Source: Antedon mediterranea (taxonomy: Eukaryota > Animalia > Echinodermata). From it: DNA of 64,000 bases. The DNA lies in contig NC_092677.1 in NCBI RefSeq assembly GCF_964355755.1, positions 18,560,101 through 18,624,100 on the forward strand, in the 5' to 3' direction. Below, piece by piece: positions 26,546-37,290 of this stretch. Each line of letters opens with the position of its first letter. The first letter of the stretch is position 1. The translations under genes and the position numbers were made by a program. Below the pieces are notes generated by a model. The model had not been told where the DNA came from and searched no databases. It saw only the letters and a list, made by a program, of their open reading frames with translations.

Positions 26546-26677
26546 GTACGACTTTTTATTCATTTGTTACGGTATACCATGAGAGTGTTATGCATCAAAC
26601 CGCCACTTTCTTAACATAGCAAGCATTAAATACTGTTATGTTGTAATACCTAATATTTGAATTTATACTTTCTATAG

Positions 26678-26920
26678 ATGAGCAAGATCCAGTATTTAAA
26701 ACATGTCCAGATAGTATTATTACAGAAACTGATCCGAGGGCATCAACTACACGTGTAAGTTGGGACACTCCTGACATTGAAGATAACTCAGGTCAAGTGT
26801 CACTAGTTGCGTCAACGAGTCCTGATAGTTCGTTTAATATTGGAACCACTTCTGTTGTATACATTGCTAGTGATAACAGCAATAACATTGCAATATGTTC
26901 ATTTAATGTCACTGTTGAAG
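26678..26920 (+). CDS. Gene 1 HYR exon l (open)
   Basis: 243 nt, AG/GT. Reads DEQDPVFKTCPDSI...VSWDTPDIEDNSG...CSFNVTVE. Confidence 0.85.
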
Positions 26921-27044
26921 GTAATTCAGATAAAAGAATGTTTACAATAATTATGTATTCGAAATGTTACAATATTACACAAAACCTAATTTATATGTAA
27001 GTGCTGGACAAAAATAATTATTAACACAATTGTTGTTCTAATAG

Positions 27045-27284
27045 ATACCGAAGCGCCTGTTTTAGAGTGTCCTCGTGACATCATTGATGTAGCAACCACC
27101 ACATTGGGAATCAGCATTACTTGGCCAGATCCCAGATATACTGATAATTCGGAAAAATCTGTAAATATAAGTTCAACACGAACATCAGGAGATGTATTTA
27201 CTTTTGGGACACATACTGTAACGTACACTGGAATTGACCAATCAGAAAACAGCGGTACATGTCAATTTGAAATCAAAATAGGAG
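27045..27284 (+). CDS. Gene 1 HYR exon m (GC donor, open)
   Basis: 240 nt. Reads DTEAPVLECPRDI...ITWPDPRYTDNS...CQFEIKIG. Ends AG|GCAAGT. Confidence 0.8.
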
Positions 27285-27630
27285 GCAAGTATTATGAATG
27301 TTCAAAAGATTTTAATCTTTTGAACAGAAATTGATAGACACAGAAAGCGGAAAGAAGTATTGTCTGAAAATTGTTTTCATTGAATCTTCACTAGTCAAGC
27401 CTGCTACATCAACGAAAAACAATTTTTAGACAATACTTTACTGTACAATAAACCTCAAACCTCAAATAACCCAATTCAAGGTTAGGTTTAATTTGTAATT
27501 CTCTGAATATTAAATAAGAATCCGATACAAAACTGGCACATTTGTATTATATTTAAGTTTGTTTGCTAATAAACAAATCAAAAGCATCTTGTATAGGTTA
27601 TAATTGATGTTGCAATATTTATTTTCACAG

Positions 27631-27744
27631 ATTCGTGTACTTCTTCACCTTGGCAAAATGGAGGAACCTGTGCACAGTTAGAGATAGACTTTGAATGCAA
27701 CTGTCCTGTATTATATGAAGGAAACTTATTTCAAATACCACCAG
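27631..27744 (+). CDS. Gene 1 EGF-like exon with two Cys lost
   Basis: 114 nt, CAG/GT. Reads DSCTSSPWQNGGTCAQLEIDFECNCPVLYEGNLFQIPP. Cys2 is Trp (TGG) and Cys6 is Phe (TTT). Confidence 0.85.
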
Positions 27745-28063
27745 GTATCTATAATAACCAAGTTGGTAATCTCGTAGTACTAGACCGAATTGTATCCTAT
27801 TTGTTATTTTGCATTGTATCTAAAACTTCCTGTTTCACATTGTTATTTAGGAACGAGGGGCCATTTCATTATTTTGAATGTTTTCTTATTATTTGCCAGC
27901 AGTAAAAACAAGCAATTATAGAATAATACATTTGTAACGATGATTCATGATGCAATTTTGCTTCACTAATATTTAGTGAGGTTAATAAACAATAGGAATT
28001 TGAAACCAATATATCAGACCAATTTCAAATACAACTAGTATACATATATTACATAATATTTAG

Positions 28064-28330
28064 GTGAGCCAACAGCAGAAATTCAACCTTTATCGAAGAG
28101 TGTTAATTTGCAAAGTACAGTCACATTTGAATGTATTATAACTTACTCAATTGATTGGCGTTGGTATAAAGACGACGTTGAACTCTCATCTGAAACACAA
28201 AGTCTAAAGTTCTTCACAATTAATGAAGTTGGTCTGGAAAATCAAGGCTATTATTACTGCAAAGCGTTTGGAGTATCACCACATGTTGGCGAAACAGATA
28301 ATTCAATGAAAGCAGTTCTTGTTGTTAAAG
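28064..28330 (+). CDS. Gene 1 immunoglobulin-like (I-set) exon
   Basis: 267 nt, AG/GT. Reads EPTAEIQP...VTFEC...WRWYKD...NQGYYYCKA...AVLVVK. Confidence 0.88.
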
Positions 28331-29085
28331 GTACACTTATTACAGTACTTACTTCAAAGCTACTAGAAAATAGACACATATTGTAATTTAAAAAGGGATC
28401 ATTATAAAGATACTGTCTGTTCAGAGGTGCATTATGAAATAATTTGATATCCTCATAAGGAATATTTTTCTCTCAGTTTATATTTTCAAATAAATAGTCC
28501 AGAAAAAAAAAATAGATATACAGTAGATATAAACTTGTAACTCTAGAAAAGGGAATAACACTCAGACATACGTGTTAATGTCATGTCGACCAATCAAGTT
28601 CTGGTATTCAATACCTTAACATATACTTAGCGGTGTAATAAAACATTTGAGATCCACCGAGGGGTTTTCTTTGTCTTGGATATCAAATTGTACAACGATA
28701 GACAAGGCAGTATGTGTTATATTACATTTTCCCAGTTTAGTCCTACTTTAGGTAAAAAAGACTGTTTCCAGTTACTTAGATCAAATATGCACTGGAATCT
28801 TACCCTTATGCTTTTGTATTAACATAGAATGTGTAGTATTAGAAAAACATATAAAATTATGTTAAGTAACATCAATTGAAGTTTTTTTATGCATTCAACG
28901 AAAGGGTATAATTAAAATCTTTTTTCACATGTTATAGATTTTAACATTCATTATCATTATAGATTGCATTATATGAAACATAGATATATTTAGTATTCTT
29001 TAGAAATAGCTATTGCTATTGAATAATATGGTTCAGTACTATATTATTTACAATTCTTACTAACTTTGTATCTATTATTATACAA

Positions 29086-29198
29086 ATGCTATTGCTGTGC
29101 CAACAGTGTTAACTTTCCTCAATTTTCGATTTACTTCGGCAATGAACAACCCTTCCTCTGAAGAATTCAAAAACACTTCTACTATAATTGCAAATTTG
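29086..29198 (+). pseudogene. Gene 1 SEA-domain exon 1 with a mutated acceptor
   Basis: Reads AIAVPTVLTFLNFRFTSAMNNPSSEEFKNTSTIIANL, then GTAGGT. The acceptor is TACAA instead of TACAG. Confidence 0.7.
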
Positions 29199-29498
29199 GT
29201 AGGTTTGTATTAGCTTATTTTCTTTGAAAATGGTTAAAACATTATTTAATATAGCCTGAGCATATTATCGCCTTCTCTGATTATTTTACATCTACGGTTT
29301 TCACATTATTTTAGTTTGTCAGTTTATTCATCTCTATTGATTGATTTTCATTCGATATTCAATCAAAATGGTAATGGATGCATATACATAATAAAAAAAT
29401 AGGCTGTTATTATCTTTTGATATTATAGGCTTGAAAGAAATGTTCATGTCCGTTTCTTCCTAAATGTCATGATGTCATACTTCCTTTTATGTTTACAG

Positions 29499-29702
29499 TT
29501 AACTGAGAGCATAAGTATAAGTGATATATTTGTTCAAGTTTGTACTCTAAGATCTTGAAGCGTGATTGCTAATATCAACATATACACACCAAGTTCGGAT
29601 GTATCGTATGACAACTTCAGCAAAAGTTTATCAGAAGAGTTTACAAAGTTAGGAAATGAAGGAACTATAGATGCTGATAATATTGCCATATTTAGCACAC
29701 AG
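29499..29702 (+). pseudogene. Gene 1 SEA-domain exon 2 with a nonsense codon
   Basis: CAG/GTAAGA. Reads LTESISISDIFVQVCTLRS*SVIANINIY. TGA at 29556-29558 replaces the Gly of the GSV motif. Confidence 0.75.
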
Positions 29703-29844
29703 GTAAGAACTTGCATTTAGATTTTTGTTTTACGTTTTGTATAAAAATGCATTTGAAATGAGGAAAATCATGGACCGTTATGTTGTGTTTATATAATCCA
29801 TTAAAAAAAAAATAAATGGGTTCATTCATTTATTTATTAAAGAG

Positions 29845-29944
29845 AGTTGTGAAAAGGAGATAATAGATGACTTAACATTCAAAACTACTGATGCTGGTCA
29901 AAATGCATCCTCCAAGGAAGTTTGTCCAGAATCTAAAATTAATT
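29845..29944 (+). CDS. Gene 1 HRM (hormone-receptor motif)-like exon 1
   Basis: Reads SCEKEIIDDLTFKTTDAGQNASSKEVCPESKIN, then GTAAGT. The acceptor position is ambiguous within AGAGAG (start 29843 or 29845). Confidence 0.65.
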
Positions 29945-30252
29945 GTAAGTTTGAATTTTTTTCTATAATTTATATAATTTTATGTTTGGTAAAATAATTG
30001 CATGGATGAATGATTTTAACTAATGCATTATTTTCCTAATCTACAAATCAAGTGAATTGTATCGTTTGTGTAAAGCAGCAGATTAAATGATTGTACAACA
30101 TTTTACTTTGGACTGAGCACCAAACACTTGGAATTATGATCAACTACTGACGTATTACAAGACTGTAGTGAGTCTATTTCTTTTTACACCCGGAAGAGCC
30201 CAGTGATCATTCATTTTAAGACTAAAATATTCTATCTTATTTCCACAAATAG

Positions 30253-30380
30253 ATGGTATGCCTCTAGGCTTGTGTACATGCTATAGTGATGGACTGTCGG
30301 CTGCTGTGTGGCAGGATGTAATATTACAAGACTGTGGTAGAGATGCTACAGCCAATGAACTTTTAGAAAGGTTAACTATG
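30253..30380 (+). CDS. Gene 1 HRM-like exon 2 and possible start of the GAIN helix
   Basis: TAG/GTAAGT. Reads (Y)GMPLGLCTCYSDGLSAAVWQDVILQDCGRDATANELLERLTM, matching the C...W...C pattern of HRM. Confidence 0.65.
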
Positions 30381-30708
30381 GTAAGTTACACATTTGTAGT
30401 GGATTTAGATTGAATCGAAGAAAGTGATAAAATAGATCTATTGAAACAAGTGCTTAGATTAAGAATAATGTTTACCATTTCTCTTACCTACTAACATATG
30501 TTGTATTAGCAGGAATGATATTCCAACTTTAATGTTCTGATATTAGAGATATTTCAAGTTCACTGCTCTGATATTATAAATATTAGTACAAATTCACCAT
30601 TATTTTGTTTATGTTACTGTTTTGTGTATTATAAATGAATTTCTAATTTTTGTTTCTAATTATAAATATATCTGAAAAATGTTTAGTATTCTGTTGAAAC
30701 ATATTGAC

Positions 30709-31012
30709 GACGTATGACAAATAATAAATATATTATTTGTCATACGTCAGGCCAGGTATCGTTGTCATACGTCAGGGCAGGTATTCGGCTATGTACAGTG
30801 GAATCAAAATTCTGCCCTGAAGGATGAAAAATAATATATTTATTATTTGTCATACGTCAGGGCAGGTATACGGCTATGTACAGTGGGATCATAAAATACC
30901 TGCCCTGAAGGATGACAAATAATATATTTATTATTTGTCATACGTCGTCAGGGCAGGTATACGACGGCTATGTAGCCTACAGTCAGTGGAATCATACAAT
31001 CCTGCCCTGACG
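30709..31012. repeat. Palindromic tandem array (~88-bp unit, about 3 copies)
   Basis: Units contain GACAAATAAT..ATTATTTGTC and CAGGGCAGGTAT...ATACCTGCCCTG inverted pairs. Near-perfect 40-bp palindrome at 30709-30748. Confidence 0.85.
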
Positions 31013-31390
31013 GATTAATTATTATTAATTATATTTATTAATTAAATAATACAGTGGATTCCGGAATAGTAGGCATGATAGTTCGTTTACGATGATTCTC
31101 CTTTTTCCTACAGCATAAACATAACCCGATTATACTATCTTTTTCAACTGCTGCAAATGTTTGGTACACTTTCATTTCATGTGTATTATAGCCTATATAG
31201 CTGTGGGATGGTATGAGAAAGCGATATATATTTAAGTAATACGGTATAAAATAGCGATGTGCGAGTAATATACTACATGGCCGGATCGCAAATAAAATAC
31301 GATATATATATTATGACGTAGTAGATATCTACACATGCGTAGAAGAACTCCTGGTTTGGAGTAGGGAGATTTAGATCCTTCCGGAGCGGA

Positions 31391-33489
31391 AGCCGAATCA
31401 CCGGATGTTCAGCGCGTACTAGTTACTAGGTTACCACCGTGAGTTTTGACCAATCACAAACTGTGTTTCATCACATTTAGGGTGGACTAATAACAAATGA
31501 GGGCGCTATGTATGCATAGCTTAAATCAAAGATAGTGTAGTAGGAAGATGTTACACTTCCTATTCGTTCAATGCAAATAAAAGCGAGACAACATGGAGCT
31601 AAATTTAAAGGGCGCTTCGCACGTCGAGTAGGGATACGGAAGGTTATTGTATAGGAAATAGGCTATATAACAGAAGAACATGACTGTAAAATTAAGATTT
31701 AATACGAATTAACATATAAAATGTACTGTTAACTTTATAGAAAGTGCAAATGAATCATATTTTTATGTTTTGGAATACAAATTTGTGTTTCAATTACCTG
31801 GAATTGTTTAGGTACCTGGAATATCTACCATATTTTATTTCTTTTATTTTAATGTTTTTATTTGCAAATCAACTTAACTTTTTAAAAATTATTATTTACA
31901 ATTAATTTTTAACATTGGACAGAGATAAAGAATGTTACCTAGCTTTAGAAACACTTTTTTATCAGAGTGAATAAATATATTAGGGGCCTATTAGTGGTAA
32001 TAATAATAGGCCTACAATGTGTATGCCTATATAATAATCGATTACGTATGGTTTATTTCTAAATGGGTAATAAAAGAGAATAGGTAGTATGGCATGTGTA
32101 ATCAATCAATCAATCTCTATTGTAATCAATAATATTATACAAATAGTCGTCTATAAGGGGAAACATATACATTGAATACGGTACCAGTAGGCCGCAACAT
32201 TCAATAGGAATTTAGGACTACGGGTATGTTTTTTTTACTTAAAAAAAAATATTATTGTTAATTTTCTATTAATTTAAATAATTTAATAATAACTAATAAT
32301 TATTATATTATGCTTGTAACACTCCAAACTTTTGTGCATTCATCGTAATTTGCCATGATTATGTAATGCCTAACATTATCGATAATATTAATTATAAGTA
32401 GATGAGTTCATTAATAATATTGGTAAGGTATATCAAAGAAAAAAATATCCGTGGGGAGGCCTACTTTACCCCCTTTTATTATACTACCCTTACAAAAAAT
32501 GTTCTATAGAATATATATATAGAAGTTTTAGAATTCTATATTAATCTATAGAAACAGATAATTTCTACCTACCCCTAGAGCTTTTAGAAATTGCTGTATA
32601 GAAAATATTGAAATTGCAGAAGAATTGCTATCATTTATTCATAAATCATATATTGTTTGCCAACAACAATAATGTATACTGTAAAATTTGCATCATGACT
32701 TCAGACTTGACTGGGGTTTGTTTACCAAGATGATTAAGAGTTTTTATGGGTACGGGTTGGTTTGGGTACGAGATGACCAGCATCCATTCATGATTGCGTC
32801 TACAGGCGCGCGTGAGCCTCCTCCTGATCCTAGCTCAGTGTTTAACAGTCATGTCATTCCAAAATTCACTCCAAATAAATGTATTAACAATTAAAAAAAT
32901 CCAAAAACAGTATGAAAACATCATATTAATTTTTAACTTTGTATAATAAAGAAAAAAAAAAGAAGTTTGATGTTTTTTGTGGCTTATTTTTACAATTTAT
33001 TTCCGAAAACACCATTTTCGTTGGGATTTGCCATTGCGCTCCTCATCTTTCAGATTCGTCTATCCCTACTCGTCGTGAGAGGCGCCCTATCTTGAGCGGT
33101 TCTCTAATTTTTTAGCGAAGTGTAACATCTTCCTACTACACTATCTTTGCTTAAATAGTTTAGAAGATTAATTTCTGCAAGCAACTTCCGTGGCGCAGCG
33201 GTTGAAGCGTTGTTTTGCGATGGAGTGACAATTCCACCCGAGTTCAAGATCGAGTAGATGACTTTTGCTTATTTATCGCCAAACGCGAGTATTGCCACAC
33301 GAAAATTACAATTCTCGAACTCGAGAATGTTTATGTTTAATGACAGGGGACACGATAATTACGCGAAAATTACACAGTCAATATCATCGTTCTCGAGGAT
33401 ATATACGATTTACGATCCTCGCAGCGGTAGTCATGTGATGCAGTTTCAACCAATCACGTTCGCGTATTTACATAGGCTATGTAATATAA
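31391..33489 (+). repeat. Interspersed repeat X copy 1 (~470-bp core split by the P-like insertion)
   Basis: 31391-31526 plus 33157-33489 match the reverse complement of 56874-57303 plus 59624-59659. Confidence 0.85.
31527..33149. mobile_element. Non-autonomous P-superfamily-like DNA transposon
   Basis: Perfect 33-bp TIR CAAAGATAGTGTAGTAGGAAGATGTTACACTTC, subterminal IR (~31610-31638 vs ~33060-33088), and a 7-bp TSD CTTAAAT at 31520-31526 and 33150-33156. Confidence 0.8.
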
Positions 33490-35807
33490 AACGATATTTT
33501 ACCAAAAATGTTTAAGTTACATTATTCCGGTTTTATAATTATTATATTGTACCAACATTTTATTAATAACTTATTATTCTTTATTACATATATGCTATTT
33601 TTGATAATCAATTTTAATTAGAATTATAGAATGCTGTTTCACCTACAAACCTCCTAAAGACATGTTTGTTGTTTTTGCTTTTTTAATGAATTTTAAGATA
33701 TTATGAGATATTAAGACATGAATTAGACAGACCGTAATAATCTATTTTTCATGTTTTCATGAAACAAAATATATGCTCTAGTTTGACATATTCTAAAATA
33801 CACCTTACAATCACCTTCCCCTTCATAATACGTCATTAAAATATCTAAAGCAATTTAACTTCAAATTTCAGTGTATGATTTTGTTTTAATTTTAAGAATT
33901 GCATACTCGGATCATTTGCATTTTGTAGTAATCGCGTGAACGTTGTTTTTCTGTTGGTTTTTTAAATAATTATTATTCGATTTATGCTGGTACCGTTTCG
34001 TACTTTTGTTATTTTTGTAACCGTTTACGTTGCTGTTTGATGTGCTAATAATAATAATAATTTATTAGGAAATGACACCTTTGCATCGGTGGCATACACA
34101 GAAGTGGTGCATCCAATTTAACATAATACATCAAAACAATACATTATATGACGGATTGTTGAACCCACAAATGTGAAAACGCCCACAAATGTGAAAACAA
34201 CCATAAATGTGAAAACGCATCACCCACAAATGTGAAAACAACCACAAATGTGAAAACGCATCACCCACAAATGTGAAAACAACCACAAATGTGAAAACGC
34301 ATCAACCACAAATGTGAAAACAGCGCCCACAAATGTGAAAACGATCATCGCCCACAAATGTGATAACGCCCACAAATGTAAAAACAAGAGAGACTTTTTC
34401 GCCCACAAATGTATAGATCAAATTTAATGCTAGATTCAGACAAACATTATATCATGATTGTATTGAGTTGTTTGTTCACGATACGTCTGTTAGGGTCGTC
34501 GTTAACACGTTGGATTATTATCATTTGCTGCTCGTGCGCGCAATATATGCACGTTAACTCGTTTGTTTAATGAACGTAATAGTTCAAGACGATATTTGTT
34601 ATTTGCTGCGCGCGTGCACGATACTTCAAGGTCAAGGCCATGTTATATCATTGTTGCTTCTACTGTGTGGTTGTTGGCTTACTATTATGTACGTATAGTT
34701 ATAAGTCGATGTTCGATATTTATTTTTTGCGCGCACACGATACAACAAGGTCAAGGTTAAATTGCTACTTGTATGTAGTGTGTGGTTATTAACTCGTTGG
34801 CTTACTGTTATGTACGTATAGTTCAAGTCGATGTTCGATTCGATGTTTTTGTGCACGTACACGATACCACAAGGTCAAGGTCATATATACTATTGCTACT
34901 TGTGGTTGTTAACTAGTTGGCTTATTGTTATGTACGTATAGTTCCAGCTCGATGGTCGATTCGATTTTTTTTTGTGCGCGTGCACGATACTACAAGGTCA
35001 TATATCATTGCTGCTTGAAGTGCAGTTGGGCTTACTATATTAGTATTATGTACGTATTATAGCTCCAAGTCGATGCTCGGTGTACACGATACTACAAGAT
35101 CAATGCTATACTCGTCGTTCAGTTATTGCAGTAGTTCCTAATGTTCAATTTTTTTACAAAACTATAACCACAAGATAATAATACAAGAGCTAGAGCCAGA
35201 ACAACTAATACAAGAATATTTCTTTATTTTAGAGCGATAAACAAATTGTAACATAGAATAACACCGTAACACCAATATCCAACCAAACATAATTCACGAT
35301 ACGATAGTATCAAACTTGTCACGAACATGTATTCTATAAAACATACTATGAAATCTATATATAAATTTACGTAAGGGCAAAATTCGGTAAATCGCGCCTT
35401 ACTTCTAGAATTTTTACTCGATGGTATATAAAGTTGGTTCGTACTTTCGGTACTGATTTTAACCACCTGATGTAACCCTGTTTACTAATTAAATTAAGTT
35501 AGATAATTAGTTATTGACGATTAAAACGAATTTAGGTTCAACGATTTGCCCCAAATAGGGGTGTTTTCCGATCGTGGTATACACTGTCTAATGGATGTCC
35601 ATCTTGAAAAATACCCGCCACAAAAATGCGAGGAGGCTTCGCATTTTCCTATCTCCTCCTACGATAATTGTTTTTAATAGCTGAAAACCGGTTGAACAGT
35701 TCGAGTAGAGCATCATACTGTTGAAGACAGGCCGATTTTCTTTAAAAGATACTATTTTGATACATTTAATATACGTTTTTACAAATGTATTGATTTGTGA
35801 TGAATGG

Positions 35808-36331
35808 AACATTCCAAATTATTTGGTTTAACCATACAGGTATAGATTTAGATTTATGGGCCCCCTTGGAGAATAAACATAAATAGTATTGCAATGCTGT
35901 ACAATACTGTTAAGGTATTAACCACTTTTGATCGCAATTTGAATCGCAAATTTCTTACTGTGAGTGTTGGTACTGTTAGATGTAATATAAAAATATATAC
36001 AAATAAACTTTATTACTGTGAGTGTGGGTAGGCCCTACTGTTAGATTATAAACATATAATATACAAATAAACATTCCAAATTATTTGGTTTAACCATAGA
36101 GGTATAGATTTAGATTTATGGGCCCCCTTGGAGAATAAACATAAATAGTATTGCAATGCTGTACAATACTGTTAAGGTATTAACCACTTTTGATCGCAAT
36201 TTGAATCGCAAATTTCTTACTGTGAGTGTTGGTACTGTTAGATGTAATATAAAAATATATACAAATAAACTTTATTACTGTGAGTGTGGGTAGGCCCTAC
36301 TGTTAGATTATAAACATATAATATACAAATA
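35808..36331. repeat. Near-perfect 262-bp tandem duplication inside the foldback element
   Basis: AACATTCCAAATTATTTGG starts at 35808 and again at 36070. Only one substitution noticed. Confidence 0.9.
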
Positions 36332-37039
36332 AATAAACGTTATTACTGACAGTTGCTTCTCAACGTTTGTATTAATTAATAATTTAAAAATATATAAACG
36401 TCGTAGTGGTGTATCGTTACATGTACTTTACTATTTCAATCGACTATGACAGTGAGAGTTTTAACAAAGTACCGTATTAAATCGTAAATGTTTTACTGTA
36501 TTTAGTGGTATATTATTTATAGGCCTATAAAACATTAAAAACAATATTTCGTTACTGAGTGGATAAGAATATATTTTAAAATGTTTCCTCTTTGTACCTA
36601 TCTTCTTCCCCCATCCCTCAACCCTTAATGTTACATACAAAACACAAATTGGGTTTGTTTAAATGAGTCCAAATAAAAAAATTTAACTCATTTTGTTTCT
36701 CTCTCGGAAGTAATTCCCAGGGTGCTAATTTTAGCTGACTACATAAATCATTGTGTATATTTATTCGTTTCTGTAAACGACAATGTATTATAGTCCTGCA
36801 GTACGTACATTTGAAATCTCCATTTTTTTCTCGCTGGAAATACTGTGTATTCGAGAACCATCTGTGGGCACGACCTAGATGGTACGCGAGCGAAGCGAGC
36901 GTGCCATCTAGTCTATAACAATTATACTAATGGACAAAACTTCCTACTATACTACTATTTACATTCGTGGTTTAATCTGATGCTTATTGTTTAATTTGTA
37001 TATCTATTTTTAGCGGATAATTATAAAGATATACGGAGA

Positions 37040-37290
37040 ATAATATTATTTTTATTTTTTTTTTATTTTATGTCTTTAGGCACTGTGGCCAAGGATTACC
37101 AATAGTGAATTAATCACTGTCCTATCAGATAGGTGGTAATCCCCCTGATACAGAGGCTATTGTGTGAACCAGTTCACCGGGGTAACCCCCTACTCTTTTT
37201 CGAATAATGAACTGGGTTCTTTAAAGTACACACAGGTTATAACTGTGTACACTGGACCTACGGTTTATAGTCCTTATCCGAGAAGACTTG
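37040..37290 (-). mobile_element. 5'-truncated SINE with a Nin/Deu-like central domain
   Basis: Minus strand reads GTCTTCTCGGATAAGGACTATAAACCGTAGGTCC...TTAAAGAACCCAG..TATTCGAAAAGAGTAGGGG, with an A-rich tail near 37040-37070. Shares TTCTCGGATAAGGACTA with 40148-40164. Confidence 0.6.

Larger units (their letters stand above)
714..30380 (+). pseudogene. Gene 1 (5' end outside the window): multi-HYR + EGF + Ig + SEA + HRM-like ectodomain, probably adhesion-GPCR type, with a disabled 3' half
   Basis: 19 exons traced by splice sites and phase. Disabling lesions at 22464, ~23245-23401, 23865-26533, 29084-29085 and 29556. No GAIN or 7TM exons found before gene 2. Confidence 0.7.

Noticed and set aside
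33186-33256. Functional tRNA gene
   Set aside because: A and B boxes only, with no acceptor stem or regular cloverleaf. Kept as a tRNA-like promoter finding.
34157-34412. CCACAAATGTGAAAAC repeats as a CRISPR array; ORF 34220..34408
   Set aside because: Spacers are only 1-10 nt and repetitive, the context is eukaryotic, and there are no cas genes. It is the minisatellite arm of a TIR element, mirrored at ~37985-38191.
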